Origin: Haliotis rufescens
Taxonomy: Eukaryota
Length of the DNA: 64,000 nt
Direction of reading: 5' to 3'
Assembly: GCF_023055435.1 (NCBI RefSeq)
Contig: NW_025964377.1
Span: 496,001 to 560,000 of the forward strand
Shown: positions 12,296 to 24,450 of the stretch, in pieces
How the letters are laid out: every line of letters starts with the position of its first letter
Position numbering within the stretch: the first letter of the stretch is position 1
Notes under the pieces: generated by a model
Told to the model about the DNA's origin: nothing
Databases searched by the model: none
Seen by the model: only the letters and a program-made list of their open reading frames with translations
Made by a program: the position numbers and the translations under genes

Positions 12296-12514
12296 GGGGC
12301 TCAGCGAATTAAGTCGCTTTACAGAGTTACGTCCCTTACCCATGACAGAATCCGCTGATCGTGGGTTCGAACCTAAGATTTGCCCTGATCTGTCGGCCAA
12401 AGCTCGTAGATCACAAAGTCCAAGACCTGATTTACACTGCGCTTTCCTCCACACAGCTGACATGTGGCTTAACAGAAATACTGTTCAAAGCGGCGTTACA
12501 CTAAACTCACTCGC
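12296..12514 (+). mobile_element. Diverged tRNA-headed SINE related to family D
   Basis: GTGGGTTCGAACC B-box and tail GCTTTCCTCCACACAGCTG...AAATACTGTTCAAAGCGGCGTTACACTAAACTCACTC, similar to the reverse complement of 15855-15945. Confidence 0.6.
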
Positions 12515-13064
12515 TGTGTAAGCAAGGATTTCTCAAAGTACTCACCATGAACATTCCTCCCCCGTCAACCAGCTCCCCGGGTGTGTAGGCGCCCCTATCT
12601 CGCCCTCCTGTCTACCTGCACTGCACAGCTGGCCGTAGGTACCTGTCCACTCCCCGCGGATCTACCTGTCTGCGACACGGAACCCCTCCCCCGGCTACAT
12701 CTGTCCGCTGTCAGCACGGACCAAGTACTCCACGGTAAACAATGCCTGTCCGGCAGTGTATGACGAGTGCACCCCGTGTAACGTCCCTCCCCTGATAGAG
12801 ATATAAACAGGTAACGATTCCTGGGACCGGGCTCCATGTAAATGAGGGTCAAGAGGAATGCGTGCTACACGCGAGAAATGTTGATTCAAGGGAACTTGAC
12901 AGCGTGAAGAGATTTATAACGGCAATGAGGGTGGATATGGGGGTTGGGTGGAAGTGAAAGACATTTCGGATAGGTTGACGATTTGAATTGTGTACCTGTC
13001 GTTTGTCATACCCTTGCATCAGGAAGATCGCTAAGCTGATCTTTGGGTTATTGGTGAAGCGTTT

Positions 13065-13298
13065 GTATTCCAGCAATATATCACAATGGGGCCAGCAATA
13101 TTCCAGCATTATCACAAAGGGGAAAAGCAATACTCCAGCAATATATCACAACAGGGAACAGCCATATTCCAGCAATATCACAACCAGGAACAACAATATT
13201 CAAGCCATATCACAACGAGGAACAGCAATATTCAAGCAATATCACAATGGGGACAGCAATATTCCAGCAATATCCCAACGGGGAACACCAGGAATGGC
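13065..13298. repeat. ~31-bp minisatellite (CAGCAATATTCCAGCAATATCACAAYGGGGA), about 7 units, related to the SINE A tail
   Basis: Visible tandem units ending in GGGGAACACCAGGAATGG, as in the reverse complement of family A. Confidence 0.8.
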
Positions 13299-13937
13299 CA
13301 CCATAAAAGATTCGCGTCGGGGCGAAAAGGTTACCACGTACTCGTAAAAGAGTAGAGTGAGTGAGTGAGTGAGTATTGTTTTACACCGGAGTCAGCAACA
13401 TCACAGCTGTATCATGGCAACCTAACAAAACCGAGCCCTTGCAAACAAACCAGGGCTTCTGGACCAACCAGCGATGAGGTCAGGGTGCACATCCGAGCAT
13501 CTTTAGTCACTTCTTACAACAAGAAGGAATTCTGGGGACCTATTCTCACGGAATTACCAATTGATACATTGTGAAGCCATGTCATAATAAACAGATGAGC
13601 CCCCTCGTCTTGAGCCCCAAAACATACAACTGACACAAAAGACGGCGTGTTGTATGGTCATCGATAGACTACGCCTGATAGACAACACAATCAAGCCGAT
13701 AACATGTCTATGCAGGCGGTGGGCGTATTATAACGCCTGGATGGATAAAGCGTGTGTTGATTGTTGGCTGGTTCTGTGATATGCCTTGCGTTTAAATTAA
13801 ATACTTCCTTTTAAGTCAAATCTGCCCTGAGAAAGCTGTGTTTGGGCAAACGTGTAACAAAGGTAAATGATGATTGTTCATTTTAAAATGTGTATGCTTC
13901 ATTTCCTCGGCGCATCGTTGGCGTCAGCTACAATCGC

Positions 13938-14190
13938 GTTGGTTTGTTGTTTAACTCCGCACTCAGCAATATTCCAGCTATATGACGGCGGTCTGTAAAT
14001 AATCGAGTCTGGATCAGACAATCCAGTGATTGAAATCATGAGCATCGATCCACGCAATAGGGATCGATGACCTGCATCAACCAAGTCAGCGAGCCTGACC
14101 ACCCGATCACGTTAGTCGCCTTTTACGACAAGCATAGTCGCCTTTTACGGCAAGCATGGGTTGCTGAAGACCTATTCTACCCCGGATCAC
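13938..14190 (-). mobile_element. SINE-like family B
   Basis: Near-identical to the reverse complement of 10110-10356. Confidence 0.9.
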
Positions 14191-14390
14191 GACTCAGTGT
14201 GTGGTCAGTACAGTCGATGGGGTTCCGGTTAGAAAAGGTCCTCAGCAATCTATGCTGGTCGCGTAAGCTTTTAGGAGGGTCCAAATGAATGGGCAGGTAG
14301 ACGAACCTCATAATATTAATCACTGGATTGTCTGGTCCAGACTGGATAGTTTACAGGCCGCCGTCCTATTGCCGAGTGTGTATTTAACAA

Positions 14391-14734
14391 TGTGAAATGG
14401 GGTTTAACGTCGCGTCCAAGATTATTGCACTCGTATAGCGACGTGCATGTGTGTGTGTTAGCGCGCGCCTTCTTGTACTAGTCCGGACTAATGCCGGGTT
14501 TGTAGTGCTAGCATAATGAAATATCATGCCAAAGTTTAACACGAATACCCCATCCACAAACAGTATACTGACTCCGAGCCGACCAGTCCTTGTTTTACCC
14601 CCTTAATGCCGACGCCAGGCAGGGTATCAACAAGTACCATCCTTAAATGACTTGTGGTATGACGCAGGCAGGGATCGAACCCCGGAACTTCTGCTCTCCG
14701 GGCGGACGCTCTACCACTAGGCCACGGAGGCGGT
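14391..14734 (-). mobile_element. tRNA-headed SINE family C (MetaSINE-like central domain), full length, inserted in the tail of a degenerate plus-strand family B copy (about 14215-14756)
   Basis: Minus-strand head GCCTCCGTGGCCTAGTGGTAGAGCG...GGTTCGATCCC; body GTCATACCACAAGTCATTTAAGGATGGTACTTG...CCCTGCCTGGCGTCGGCATTAAGG; TSD TAT(T/C)TAACAA at 14381-14390 and 14735-14744. The MetaSINE assignment is from recall, not a search. Confidence 0.82.
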
Positions 14735-14924
14735 TATCTAACAACCAACAAACAAAGACACATGTGTATACCGCCTGCATGGGACGGCGAGCCATTTAAC
14801 GAAAGATATCACTAAAATAAAATACTAAACTGACAATTATGAACTGCATTCCGTGCTTAAACCCCGTAGTGACCCTAGCAAGAGTATGTCCATAGCATTA
14901 TAGTGTTTGTTTGTGTGCTTGACT

Positions 14925-15210
14925 GTTTTTTGTTTTATTTTAACGCTGCACTCAGCACTATTCCAAAATAAATCGAGTCTGGACCAGACAATCCAGGGAC
15001 TGACATCATGAGCATCGATCCACGCAACTGGGATACGATGACATGCATCAGCAAAGTCAGCGAGCTTGTCTACCCGATCCCGTGAGTCGCCTCTTACGAT
15101 AAGCATAGTCGCCTGTTACGACAAGCATAGTCGCCTGTTACGACAAGCATAGTCGCCTGTTACGGCAAGCATAGTCGCCTGTTACGACAAGCATGGGTTG
15201 CTGAAGACCC
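14925..15210 (-). mobile_element. SINE-like family B with an internal 22-bp unit expanded to 5 copies
   Basis: Family B body with AGTCGCCTGTTACGACAAGCAT x5 at about 15085-15194. Confidence 0.88.
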
Positions 15211-15854
15211 TGTCGTGAATTGGGACGTCGCTCATACAGTAAAACCCACGGGTTAAGAACAGGACCCCGTTCAAAGCAGAGTTAAACCCAACTCACTTAC
15301 TCATCAGGACATATTGAAGACGTCCTTTATATTGATTACTACACGAGTGTCTGTCAGATACCATTAATCTTTTAACGAGTGGTTTCAAAACGTGTCTGAC
15401 GAACGAAAGTGAGTTAGATATGCTTGAAACAACAAGTTGTAAGATAAATGGCATCTGACAAGCACATGTGTAGTGACCTGTTTCTTACACAGCCTAAGAT
15501 CGCACCTTTTGGGGATCGAATCGATGCATATTGTTTATTCTCATGATCGCAGTTGCGCATTAATTCATAACACCACGGTCATGAGTGACGTCATCCGATG
15601 TTCTGCTTACTCCTCATATATAATGTGACACTACACAAAAAAGTTTCCGCCGTATCTGTTAATTTTTAAGGCGATGATGATGTTGCAAACTAGATGAGAT
15701 CAAAGAACCTGCGGGATGCCGAGTTAATGATTTTACAACAATGTTTATTTCCATAAGATATCACTGCCGGTGACCGACATTTACATAATGGCATGTTCAC
15801 TGACAACAGTACGCAGGATTTTCTGAGGAGGATTTTCGTTGATTGAGGTATGGT

Positions 15855-16124
15855 GAGTGAGTGAGTTGGGTTTAACGCCGCTTTTAACAGTATTCCAGTT
15901 ATATCACGGCGTTTCAGCTTAATGTGGGAGGAAAGCCCGAAGTGATGCGGGTCTCGGACGTTTACCACTTCGGTGAAACCCACGAGCACGGTTATGGTGC
16001 TGACAAACCTAGAAACATAATCGGGGCGAACAGGGATTCGAACCCACAATCATAGGTTTCTGGCGTGCCCAGGGGACGCAACTTAGATCGCAGCGCCTTA
16101 GACGACTGGGCCACCCGTGCCCCC
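15855..16124 (-). mobile_element. tRNA-headed SINE family D (long variable-arm, Leu/Ser-type head), full length
   Basis: Perfect 14-bp TSD GATTGAGGTATGGT at 15841-15854 and 16125-16138; head GGCACGGGTGGCCCAGTCGTCTAAGGCGCTG...GTGGGTTCGAATCCC; (ACTC)n tail. Confidence 0.92.
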
Positions 16125-16811
16125 GATTGAGGTATGGTACATAAATGTGTTATGTAAGTAATCAGATACAATCAGACAATCTGCGTACTGTTACCAGTAT
16201 TTGTTTGATGTTTTCCAATGCAACCAAGACAATTGGTCGGGAAATGCAGGTAACTACCGTCGTCGTCGTTGTGCGTGACGTTGCGTTACTCATCGCGTCA
16301 CACAGGACGGAAATCTTAACGATTTCTGTTGAATTTACCTGACCCTTGTAATGTACATTACAGTATAGACAAGATGCATCGATTCATTTACGGTGTACCT
16401 AATTTTCAGAGGTCACTTTCAGTAATTTTGTTTTGCCTAAATTGACAGTGGATGCTATCACAGAAGAGGGAAATTCCCACAGAATTTAAAACCGTGAAAT
16501 GTATAAGTGTGCGTGATTTATTTTGCATCTTATCAGACTTCGAAGTGAGCGTTGAAGAGGACGGACATAATGTATGTCGCTGTGGCATTCGGGGGGTTAC
16601 ACTCCAAAAACAACAGCTCGTTCAACACAGACGTAGGCGAACATTCGACTGAAGCTCAAGAAACTTATGAAAGTAGTCCTCATCACCATGGAGTAGCCAA
16701 TCACGGGGCTGGAATTCGACCTCACACATGTGTTTTGTACCAATTATCTCAAATGGGTTTCTAACCCACAGATGTGTTAGAAATTGAGTGTGCACATAGA
16801 CCCCCAGGCCT

Positions 16812-17222
16812 AGTCACGGTGACGCGTGACTGTGGCAAGTGGAGGTGGCGAGTGACGGTGGTGAGTCACGGTGACGAGGGCCAGGGACGAGTGACGGTGA
16901 TGGTGGCGAGCGACGGGGACGTGGGACTGTGGCGAGTGATAGGGACGAGTAACGGGGGCGAGTGACGGGGACGAGGGACTGTGGCGAGTGACGGGGACGA
17001 GTAACAGGGGCGAGTGACGGGGACGGAGGACGAGGGGCTAAGGACGGGGACGAGGGACGGGGACGAGTGACGGGGACGAGGGACGGTGTCGAGTGACGGG
17101 GACGAGTGACGGGGGCGAGTGACGGGGACGAGTGATGGTTGCGAGTGACGGGGACGCGGGACGGGGACGATGGCGAGTGACGGGGACGAGCGACGGTGGC
17201 GAGTGACGGTGATGGTGACGAG
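16812..17222. repeat. G-rich minisatellite built from GGCGAGTGACGGGGACGA-like units
   Basis: Irregular tandem units visible; explains the repetitive Pro/Ser/Arg ORFs here. Confidence 0.85.
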
Positions 17223-18041
17223 CGAATGTGTGCCAGGTGTTTTCCTCACCAACATTACCAGCACCACAATAACAGACTAACCCGAGTTTGTCTCCCCTTC
17301 TAAACATATTAATGGATTGTGAAATGTTCACGTATCGAACCTGTACACATCTTACATAGGGTTTGTGATATATTCCCAGTCGTCTGAGGATGTGCAATTC
17401 GCTCTGCAGAGTTGAAATCTATGAGTGATTCCCGGTGCGTCCTGATTACTTTTCCAGGTTTGTTAGCACCATACCCATGCTTGTGGTTTCTGACGTCGTG
17501 TCACATGCATTTTAGCCGTTACACCTTTCGTGCAATTAAGCATTCACATCTCGCTTTCGGCGACAAAAGTCGCCCGCGGCACTCAAGTACGGATCGTGCA
17601 TTAGCATAACCATTAAGATCTATTAAGTTGTTTGTCCTACCTATTGACATGTCTGGACGACTAAGAGTGTTCATCAGCACTAACTGCGAGGGTACTTTTC
17701 ATTTATCTGCATGGTAAAACCGTACAATGCACGAGACGTGCGCTGGTCATGTGGTTGTCAGGAGACTTCGTCAAAACGTGACACTTCACGCCCTGTGATA
17801 GTCATCAGGGATATACTGCATGGTTAATACTTGCTTGACAACTGTCAATATCGTGTCTATTGTCCCAGGTAAACAGTGATGCATATCAACAACAACAGTA
17901 GATCGATGAGACACGGCAGACCTCTTGTATGAGGTTTAGGTTTTATACAACTCATTCTATCAAGAAGCCCTTAGGCGTCTTAATAGCTGAGAATCGAATG
18001 AGGTGACTCTTTTCTTCAAATCTATGCTCTAAGATCTGTAA

Positions 18042-18232
18042 GGTGAGGTGAAATGGGGTTTAACGTGCGTATGCTTGTACTAGGCCAAATTAATATCGGT
18101 TTTATATGGTGATAGCTCACTGAAATACCATGCCGCAGTTTAACATGGACAAGCGGCTTAGATTCTGTGTACTGACTCCGAGCCGACCAGTCCTTGTTTT
18201 ATCCCGTTATGCTTTACTCACTCACTCACTCA
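18042..18232 (-). mobile_element. 5'-truncated SINE family C
   Basis: GTGAAATGGGGTTTAACGT and ACTGACTCCGAGCCGACCAGTCCTTGTTTTA match 14391-14605. Confidence 0.75.
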
Positions 18233-18924
18233 ATGTCAACCCATCTGTCACTGACGGTTTCATTTGATTGTGTAAGTTTACTGTCTTGGGAGGAGTTGGG
18301 AGAGTAATGACTTGTGACTTTGGGACAGATGCACAATATTTACAAAGGCAGAAATCCCGCACACGCTTGAATTATATTTTACGCCGCTTGTTGCAATATA
18401 TGTAACCATATTTCAGCGAGGAGCACATAGCATAGACTCACTCCTCCAGGGGACATAAGCCGATCCAGACTAGGCGATGGTACATTTTATAACATAAGCT
18501 GTCCGGAGTTATCTCCCCTAGACCATACCATGAACACATTAAGCCGTCCGGAGTTATCTCCCATATACCATTACATTGAGTGTACATAAAGACATAACAC
18601 AGTGGTGATACCCTGATAATCTCAAAATATATAAGGAACTTGGGAACATTTTCCTTCCACACGTCGGCCCGCTTAAATGTATGCACGTGAACTTCTTTTC
18701 TTTTTTGCATTCTTGTAAATCACCCTCAAGGTCGGGGACTCGCCGGCGAAACTATGACATGTTTGAACCATGTTCCTATTTCCTCTCAAGATTTGTAACC
18801 TTCTTATTCTCAGCCTGATTGATCACATTATTAGCTTGTATGTTTCTGCTTATGATAACATTATGTTTTGTGTTCGTGTTAGTTTTGTATGCAGGATAAA
18901 TGTGGATACCAACGCCGACAGCAA

Positions 18925-19128
18925 ACAGCTGTATGACGGCGGTCTGTAAATAGTCGAGTCTGGACCAGATATTCCAGTGATTTGCGTCATGAGCATCGAT
19001 CCACGCAATTAGAATACGATGACATGCATCGAACAAGTCAGCGAGCCTGACCACCCTATTCTGTTAGACGCCTCTTACGACAAGCATGGGTTGCTGAGGA
19101 CCAGTTCTAACCGGGATCTTCACGGGTG
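18925..19128 (-). mobile_element. SINE-like family B, single-hairpin variant
   Basis: Family B body ending CCGGGATCTTCACGGG on the plus strand; only one 22-bp unit. Confidence 0.88.
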
Positions 19129-20964
19129 CTTAATAAGTGGCTCCCTTGGTAAATGAATACCTGTTCTAATCGCCCATGGCTCTTATTACGAGGAGTATGA
19201 TACAGATTGCAGGCAAACACTGAACTAATATACACCCCCTAAAATTTATTTATACTGTTTACTTAAAACAGATTTGTGTTATAAACATGACGTAAGATTA
19301 TTATCAGGTTGTAAGGAACTTTTTATTCATCAGAAGCCTATGATTGCTTAATTTGTTTTGGGTAATCAGTACCTGACTGCCACGTGCGGTTAACGCATGC
19401 GCAGACTGTTTTCTACTAAATCATTAGCGTTAAAATCTGTTCATCTTATCGATTCGATTTCATCGGCATCAGGTGAGGAAACAATGCATAGAAACAGGTT
19501 CCCCTTGTTCCCCAAAACATATAGATCATGTTGTATGTTTTGACGTATGTATCAACACATGGTAAGTCTGGAATTTAAATTTTAGAAGTCAGCAAGCCCG
19601 TCATCGGAAAAACGTCTGCTCGTGGCCGCCATAGTTGTCAGTCGAAGATATATGTTTCCGAAAATGTTGTTATATCATGCTAGTTTAGACATGAGATGGA
19701 GGAGAAATAGTTCTTTGATAGTTTTCACATTGAATACAGTGTCGTTTATGCCTTAGTACAAAGTAATTTTGTTAGAATGGTAGTTTAGCGGCTAAGTCAG
19801 TGTTTTAGCGGAACGCAGAGTGAATCTATGTAGGCAGTAATGTCCCTTGGCTGTCTGCCACAGGGGAAGTAAACAAACTTGACGTCCCGTTCAGTGGCGT
19901 TCAGTGTGAGTTAACGGATGGTTAAGATTTGATCAATATCTCCTACTAAGTGTAGAATCTCTACAATTTATGCCTAACTATGGTACAAGCTTAAGAGGTT
20001 TGATCGGGATATCAGATATTCTCGTAGATTAGTGGGTTGTGCATTGTGAATTACAAAGCTTTCCCAAGTTTTACGCACATAAAAGTTTTAATTTTTCCAA
20101 TGTTGACAAATATGTTTGTGCAGTAGTGTCTTTGTAAATACATGTATAAGGGTTACAGCATTGTTGTAGAATGATTGTGAGGTCAAGAAATAGTCTTTGC
20201 ACAGGAATAACAGTTGCATTGCAATTAAGGGGAGATAATTCTGTCTTGTCTCTTAACAATCAACCGTCAGTTGAAGATGTTCTTTCAGTTTGTGTATCTT
20301 GTGTACGATAGTGTTATTAGTATTTCTGAGATCAAAATAAATATTTACAGGTCAAGTTTGATAAATTTGATATCAAGTTTGATCAAACATTTTGAGTATC
20401 TGTATGCATTTTATCATGTAAAGGGGGATAACTCAAACATGGAGTTCAGTAGGAGATACCCTATTATTGGTACAGTTGTATGGAAATATAACAACTGTAG
20501 CTAATCAATAGCTTCAGAGTATTATGTGTAATAGAAATAATGGGGTGGTGGTGGTGATCTTGGTGGCAACCTGAGCAGGGGTACCTGATGGCATCAAACC
20601 TGTTACAATTTACATGATGTTTAAACTTTTGATTGGACCTTCTTCTGTACGACAACCCAAAGTTTCAAACTCTTTTGGACATTATAGGTGACAATCAGTC
20701 AATGTCTTCAAACATGACCCGATTTGAACCCCTGCGTCTTATGTAAACGAGTAATACCTTTCCTTGTAAAATCCCTAAAGAGGCCCCAGGCTGTATGAAC
20801 ACTGCTTGATTTACTCCACCTGGGCCGTTTTCTTCTCAACCTAATTGTCCACTTCCTAGTTGTGTTTAATCTTACAATTCATAAGCTGGTCGTGTTGATG
20901 TGTATGTACTGCATACGGTATGGACATATCAGCCATTTACATTAAAACAAGGACAACGTGAACT

Positions 20965-21082
20965 AGGCGACTAACTGGATCAGGTGGTCAGGCTCACCGA
21001 CTTGGTTTATTATCGTAGCCCAATCGCGTAGATCGATGCTCATGATGTCAATCACTGGATTGTCTAGACTCGATTATTCACA
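20965..21082 (+). mobile_element. SINE-like family B fragment
   Basis: AGGCGACTAACTGGATCAGGTGGTCAGGCTCACCGACTTGG...ATCACTGGATTGTCT. Confidence 0.8.
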
Positions 21083-21361
21083 ATTTTTATTTTAAAACTG
21101 GCCTAACAACAGACTGAAAACTAGGATTGGTTGTCCAGGCTCTGACTTGGCTGAGTGTGTCATCGTCGTGACCGTCAATGGGACTTAGATGATGTGATCC
21201 ACCCCTGGTGCATGGTTCGACTGGCCAGATTGGAGTATTTACAGGTGATGTAGATGGCAGACAGTTGTCTGCAGTGTAAAACAACATTCACTCACATCCA
21301 GGTGATCACACCACCGCATATTGTAAACCCACAACACAAGACATACACATTGTTAATTTCA

Positions 21362-21378
21362 TTTATTATACATTTATT
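21362..21378 (-). terminator. Candidate polyadenylation signals of the Ihog-like gene
   Basis: Two minus-strand AATAAA hexamers (21362-21367, 21373-21378) followed by a GT-rich tract (TGTGTATGTCTTGTGTTGTG). This would imply a ~4.4 kb 3' UTR. Confidence 0.5.
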
Positions 21379-24268
21379 GACGAGTATTTACACAATGGTG
21401 ACCACAATAAGACAGTGTATCACATGGCAGTCATGTGACCACATAAGACAGCATATCACATGACAGTCATGTGACCATGAGGAAGACGGAGGATTACCCA
21501 CAATCCCTGGACCCTGATTTCAATGATGGGTTAAGACTTCTACTATGGGGAACTGTTTTCAAATCAGAATAATATGTACAAATACACATATTTGCTGTCA
21601 TTCAAACATAATGCCAAACATATTGTTGCCTAAGTACTTGAAATATTCGTCTAGCTGTAATACTTACCCCCACATAATTCCTTTTGTAAGAAGACTCTTT
21701 TTTAACTTAATTTTCAAATTTACTTTGTAAACAACATTTTGATTTTTGAATTTGAAGACAGTCCCACTCACTGACAGACAATTTCTCACAATGGCAAGAG
21801 TTGCATCCACAAGATTACCTAATTTTAAAAAAATACAAAACGGCTTATTTTGCATACTAGGTGCAGGCTAAATAGATAATACATATAACGAGATTGCTAT
21901 CTTTGCAATTGCATAGTTTTTAAATATCATTGTCATGTTACAAACTAATTATGGAAAACTGGTTTGATAATTCATCAACACATTCATCAGAAACAACATG
22001 TCTCCTCTAGATTGAAAACATAATACTCTTTTTGAAATGAAAGGAAAAAATAGTATTTTTCAATATTGTTTTTTTTTTTGGAAACAGTCACCACTAAATT
22101 ATTATTCTGCCAAAACGGACCATCTTTCCATGTAAACATTAAAAAAGCAAAAATACATTCGCATCAATCTAGGGAGAATACGTTATTTTTGAAGAGACAA
22201 TAGACTTGAACATGTCCCTGTAAGATGAAGTTATTGATACATCAAGCAGTGGGAGGTACAGCTCACTGCACAGAATACTTAGGAAGAGTTCTCTCCCCTT
22301 CATGCGGCTGATGCTTTGAAGACTTTCTTATTTTGGTCCAGAACAGCTGCTTCAAAGTGGGTCATCTTATTATCAGCTCTCAAACCTATTTGTGGATCTA
22401 TGAAACTTGGTATGTGAAATGTGTGGCAGCCCTGCCAAGTATTGCAGTACAGGATAATATCACATTTGGAAGTCCCCGTACACCAGTGTCCCACAATGTC
22501 TTGTACATCAGCCTGGTTGGAAACAAGACATGTCCAAACCCATGGCACGGCCCAGTCTAAAATAAATTGTAGTTGTTTGAGACGTGTAGGTCTTCAAAAT
22601 TCCCCCAATCATATAATATTCAGGTGGATTCAACCTTCTAAATCACCCCCGCAAAAAAGAAAAAAAAAAAAGAAAAAAAAGTAATTTTACCTCCCGATTT
22701 TTCAAAACAGTACACATTCCAATTTGTATTTTCCAATAATGTGTACTTTCCAATATTTCAGAGCAGGACCCATGCCAATTTGTACTTTCCAATAATGATG
22801 TACTTTCCGATATTTCAGAACAGGATACATACCAATTTGTACCTTCTGATATTTCAGAACAGGACACATGCCAATTTGTACCTTCTGCTATCTTCAAACA
22901 AACCGGCAAAACATCTGGGGTTGTAGTTTGTATATAACAGGACTGGTTACAGCCTTCCAGAATATAATTCATAAAAAAACTAACCATGGTTGTGTTTTTA
23001 AAGAAAATGAGTTAAACTTCAACCTGAGTATATTAAACAAACATTTTTGTATTTTTACTTTACCCATACTTTGTCATTGTGCGACACTGGTACCCTACCC
23101 ATAATGCAACTGTGCTGAGTATTGTCAACATTAGCCAATGACCGATGGCTCAACAAATGCTTGTCTAGATCGTGAAAATGCAAGCAGGAAAAATTGAATT
23201 TCCACATAGATTACCTCGTAAAACATGATATATATATTTGAGAATATTATTTCTTCTAAATCCTAAAAACAATATCCTGCTTTCAACTTTCATCTGCACT
23301 ACACTCATTTGTGTCCATCTTAGTGTAGTGTTACACTTCGTATCACCCATGTGTTAATTAATACTTTAACACCTTACACTCGCTCATAACAAAACACTTG
23401 TTGGTGGCAACACCCATTTAACACATCCTTCACGCATGACCATGTAGAAATACACACTACACTTAGGTCGCACCATGTATACACAATTACACTTAAGTGT
23501 AACCACTTGACATAGTAAACATGTTTAACACATGTAACAGCTACGTGTCAAATACAAACCTGTTACACTCAAGTGTAATTTGCCAACATCAATACATTCG
23601 AGTTGAACCAATTACATTTAAGTGTAAAATATTCCATATTTCACTGTAGTCAAGTGTGTTTACACCTTAGTGTAACCTATCAGTTACACTAAAATGTAAC
23701 CAGTTATAAACATTTATACCACATATAGCCACTCACGCAATCGATTCGTATCACACATCGGTATAACACCTACTCCAGGAAGTCTATGAACTTGCTTGGT
23801 GTAACCTTACCCCTCCTTTGTGTAACTTAGAACTAAGTGTAACATCAGCTGCCTTATCACTGAACAAATTCAAATACGTTGTATTTCTTTCCAACATAAT
23901 TTCTTATCTGAAACTATTATACCAACATGCACTTTTTTAAATACTTCGCATTTGCACAAGCACTGTTTGTTACATTTATCTTTAAATTACAGGAATTTGA
24001 AGAGTTTGAAATTCATTGTGACAAGAAAATAATCCACTTAACAACCCTGAGATAAGTGTTCACTGAACTCCACAACCATTACATCCTATGCCTTGATTAA
24101 ATTAACACTAAGTCAGTTACATTAATTTCCAAGCACACATCTTAAGAAGCATGGTTGAGAAACCACAAGTCCTGTCCAGACCAGCCGTTCCGGGAAGACA
24201 AGCATTCTCAGTATAGTTTAATGGAGCTGTAATACTGTTCCACAGATTTACACAATATTGTACGCCAT

Positions 24269-24450
24269 AAGAAAGAGAATTTATGCATGTAAACTTCTTT
24301 TTTATGGGGAACAGATGATCTTTTCACCTGCTTTTCACCTGATGGAGGAGTAAGTATATACTCTAAAACGTTTTGTTCCTCATAATAAAGAAGTTGACAT
24401 CCATAAATTCTCTTGGTTATGTGTATCATTTCTAAATGCTTTCAAAGAAG
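24269..24450 (+). mobile_element. Small palindromic Penelope-like insertion with a degenerate hammerhead core
   Basis: TSD TGTAC(G/A)CCAT at 24259-24268 and 24451-24460; inverted arms (about 24273-24312 and 24375-24415); homologous to 37383-37588. Confidence 0.72.

Noticed and set aside
19825-19935. Two adjacent hairpins separated by an ANANNA-like linker, suggesting an H/ACA snoRNA
   Set aside because: No clear terminal ACA box or pseudouridylation pockets; cannot be supported without snoReport or cmscan.
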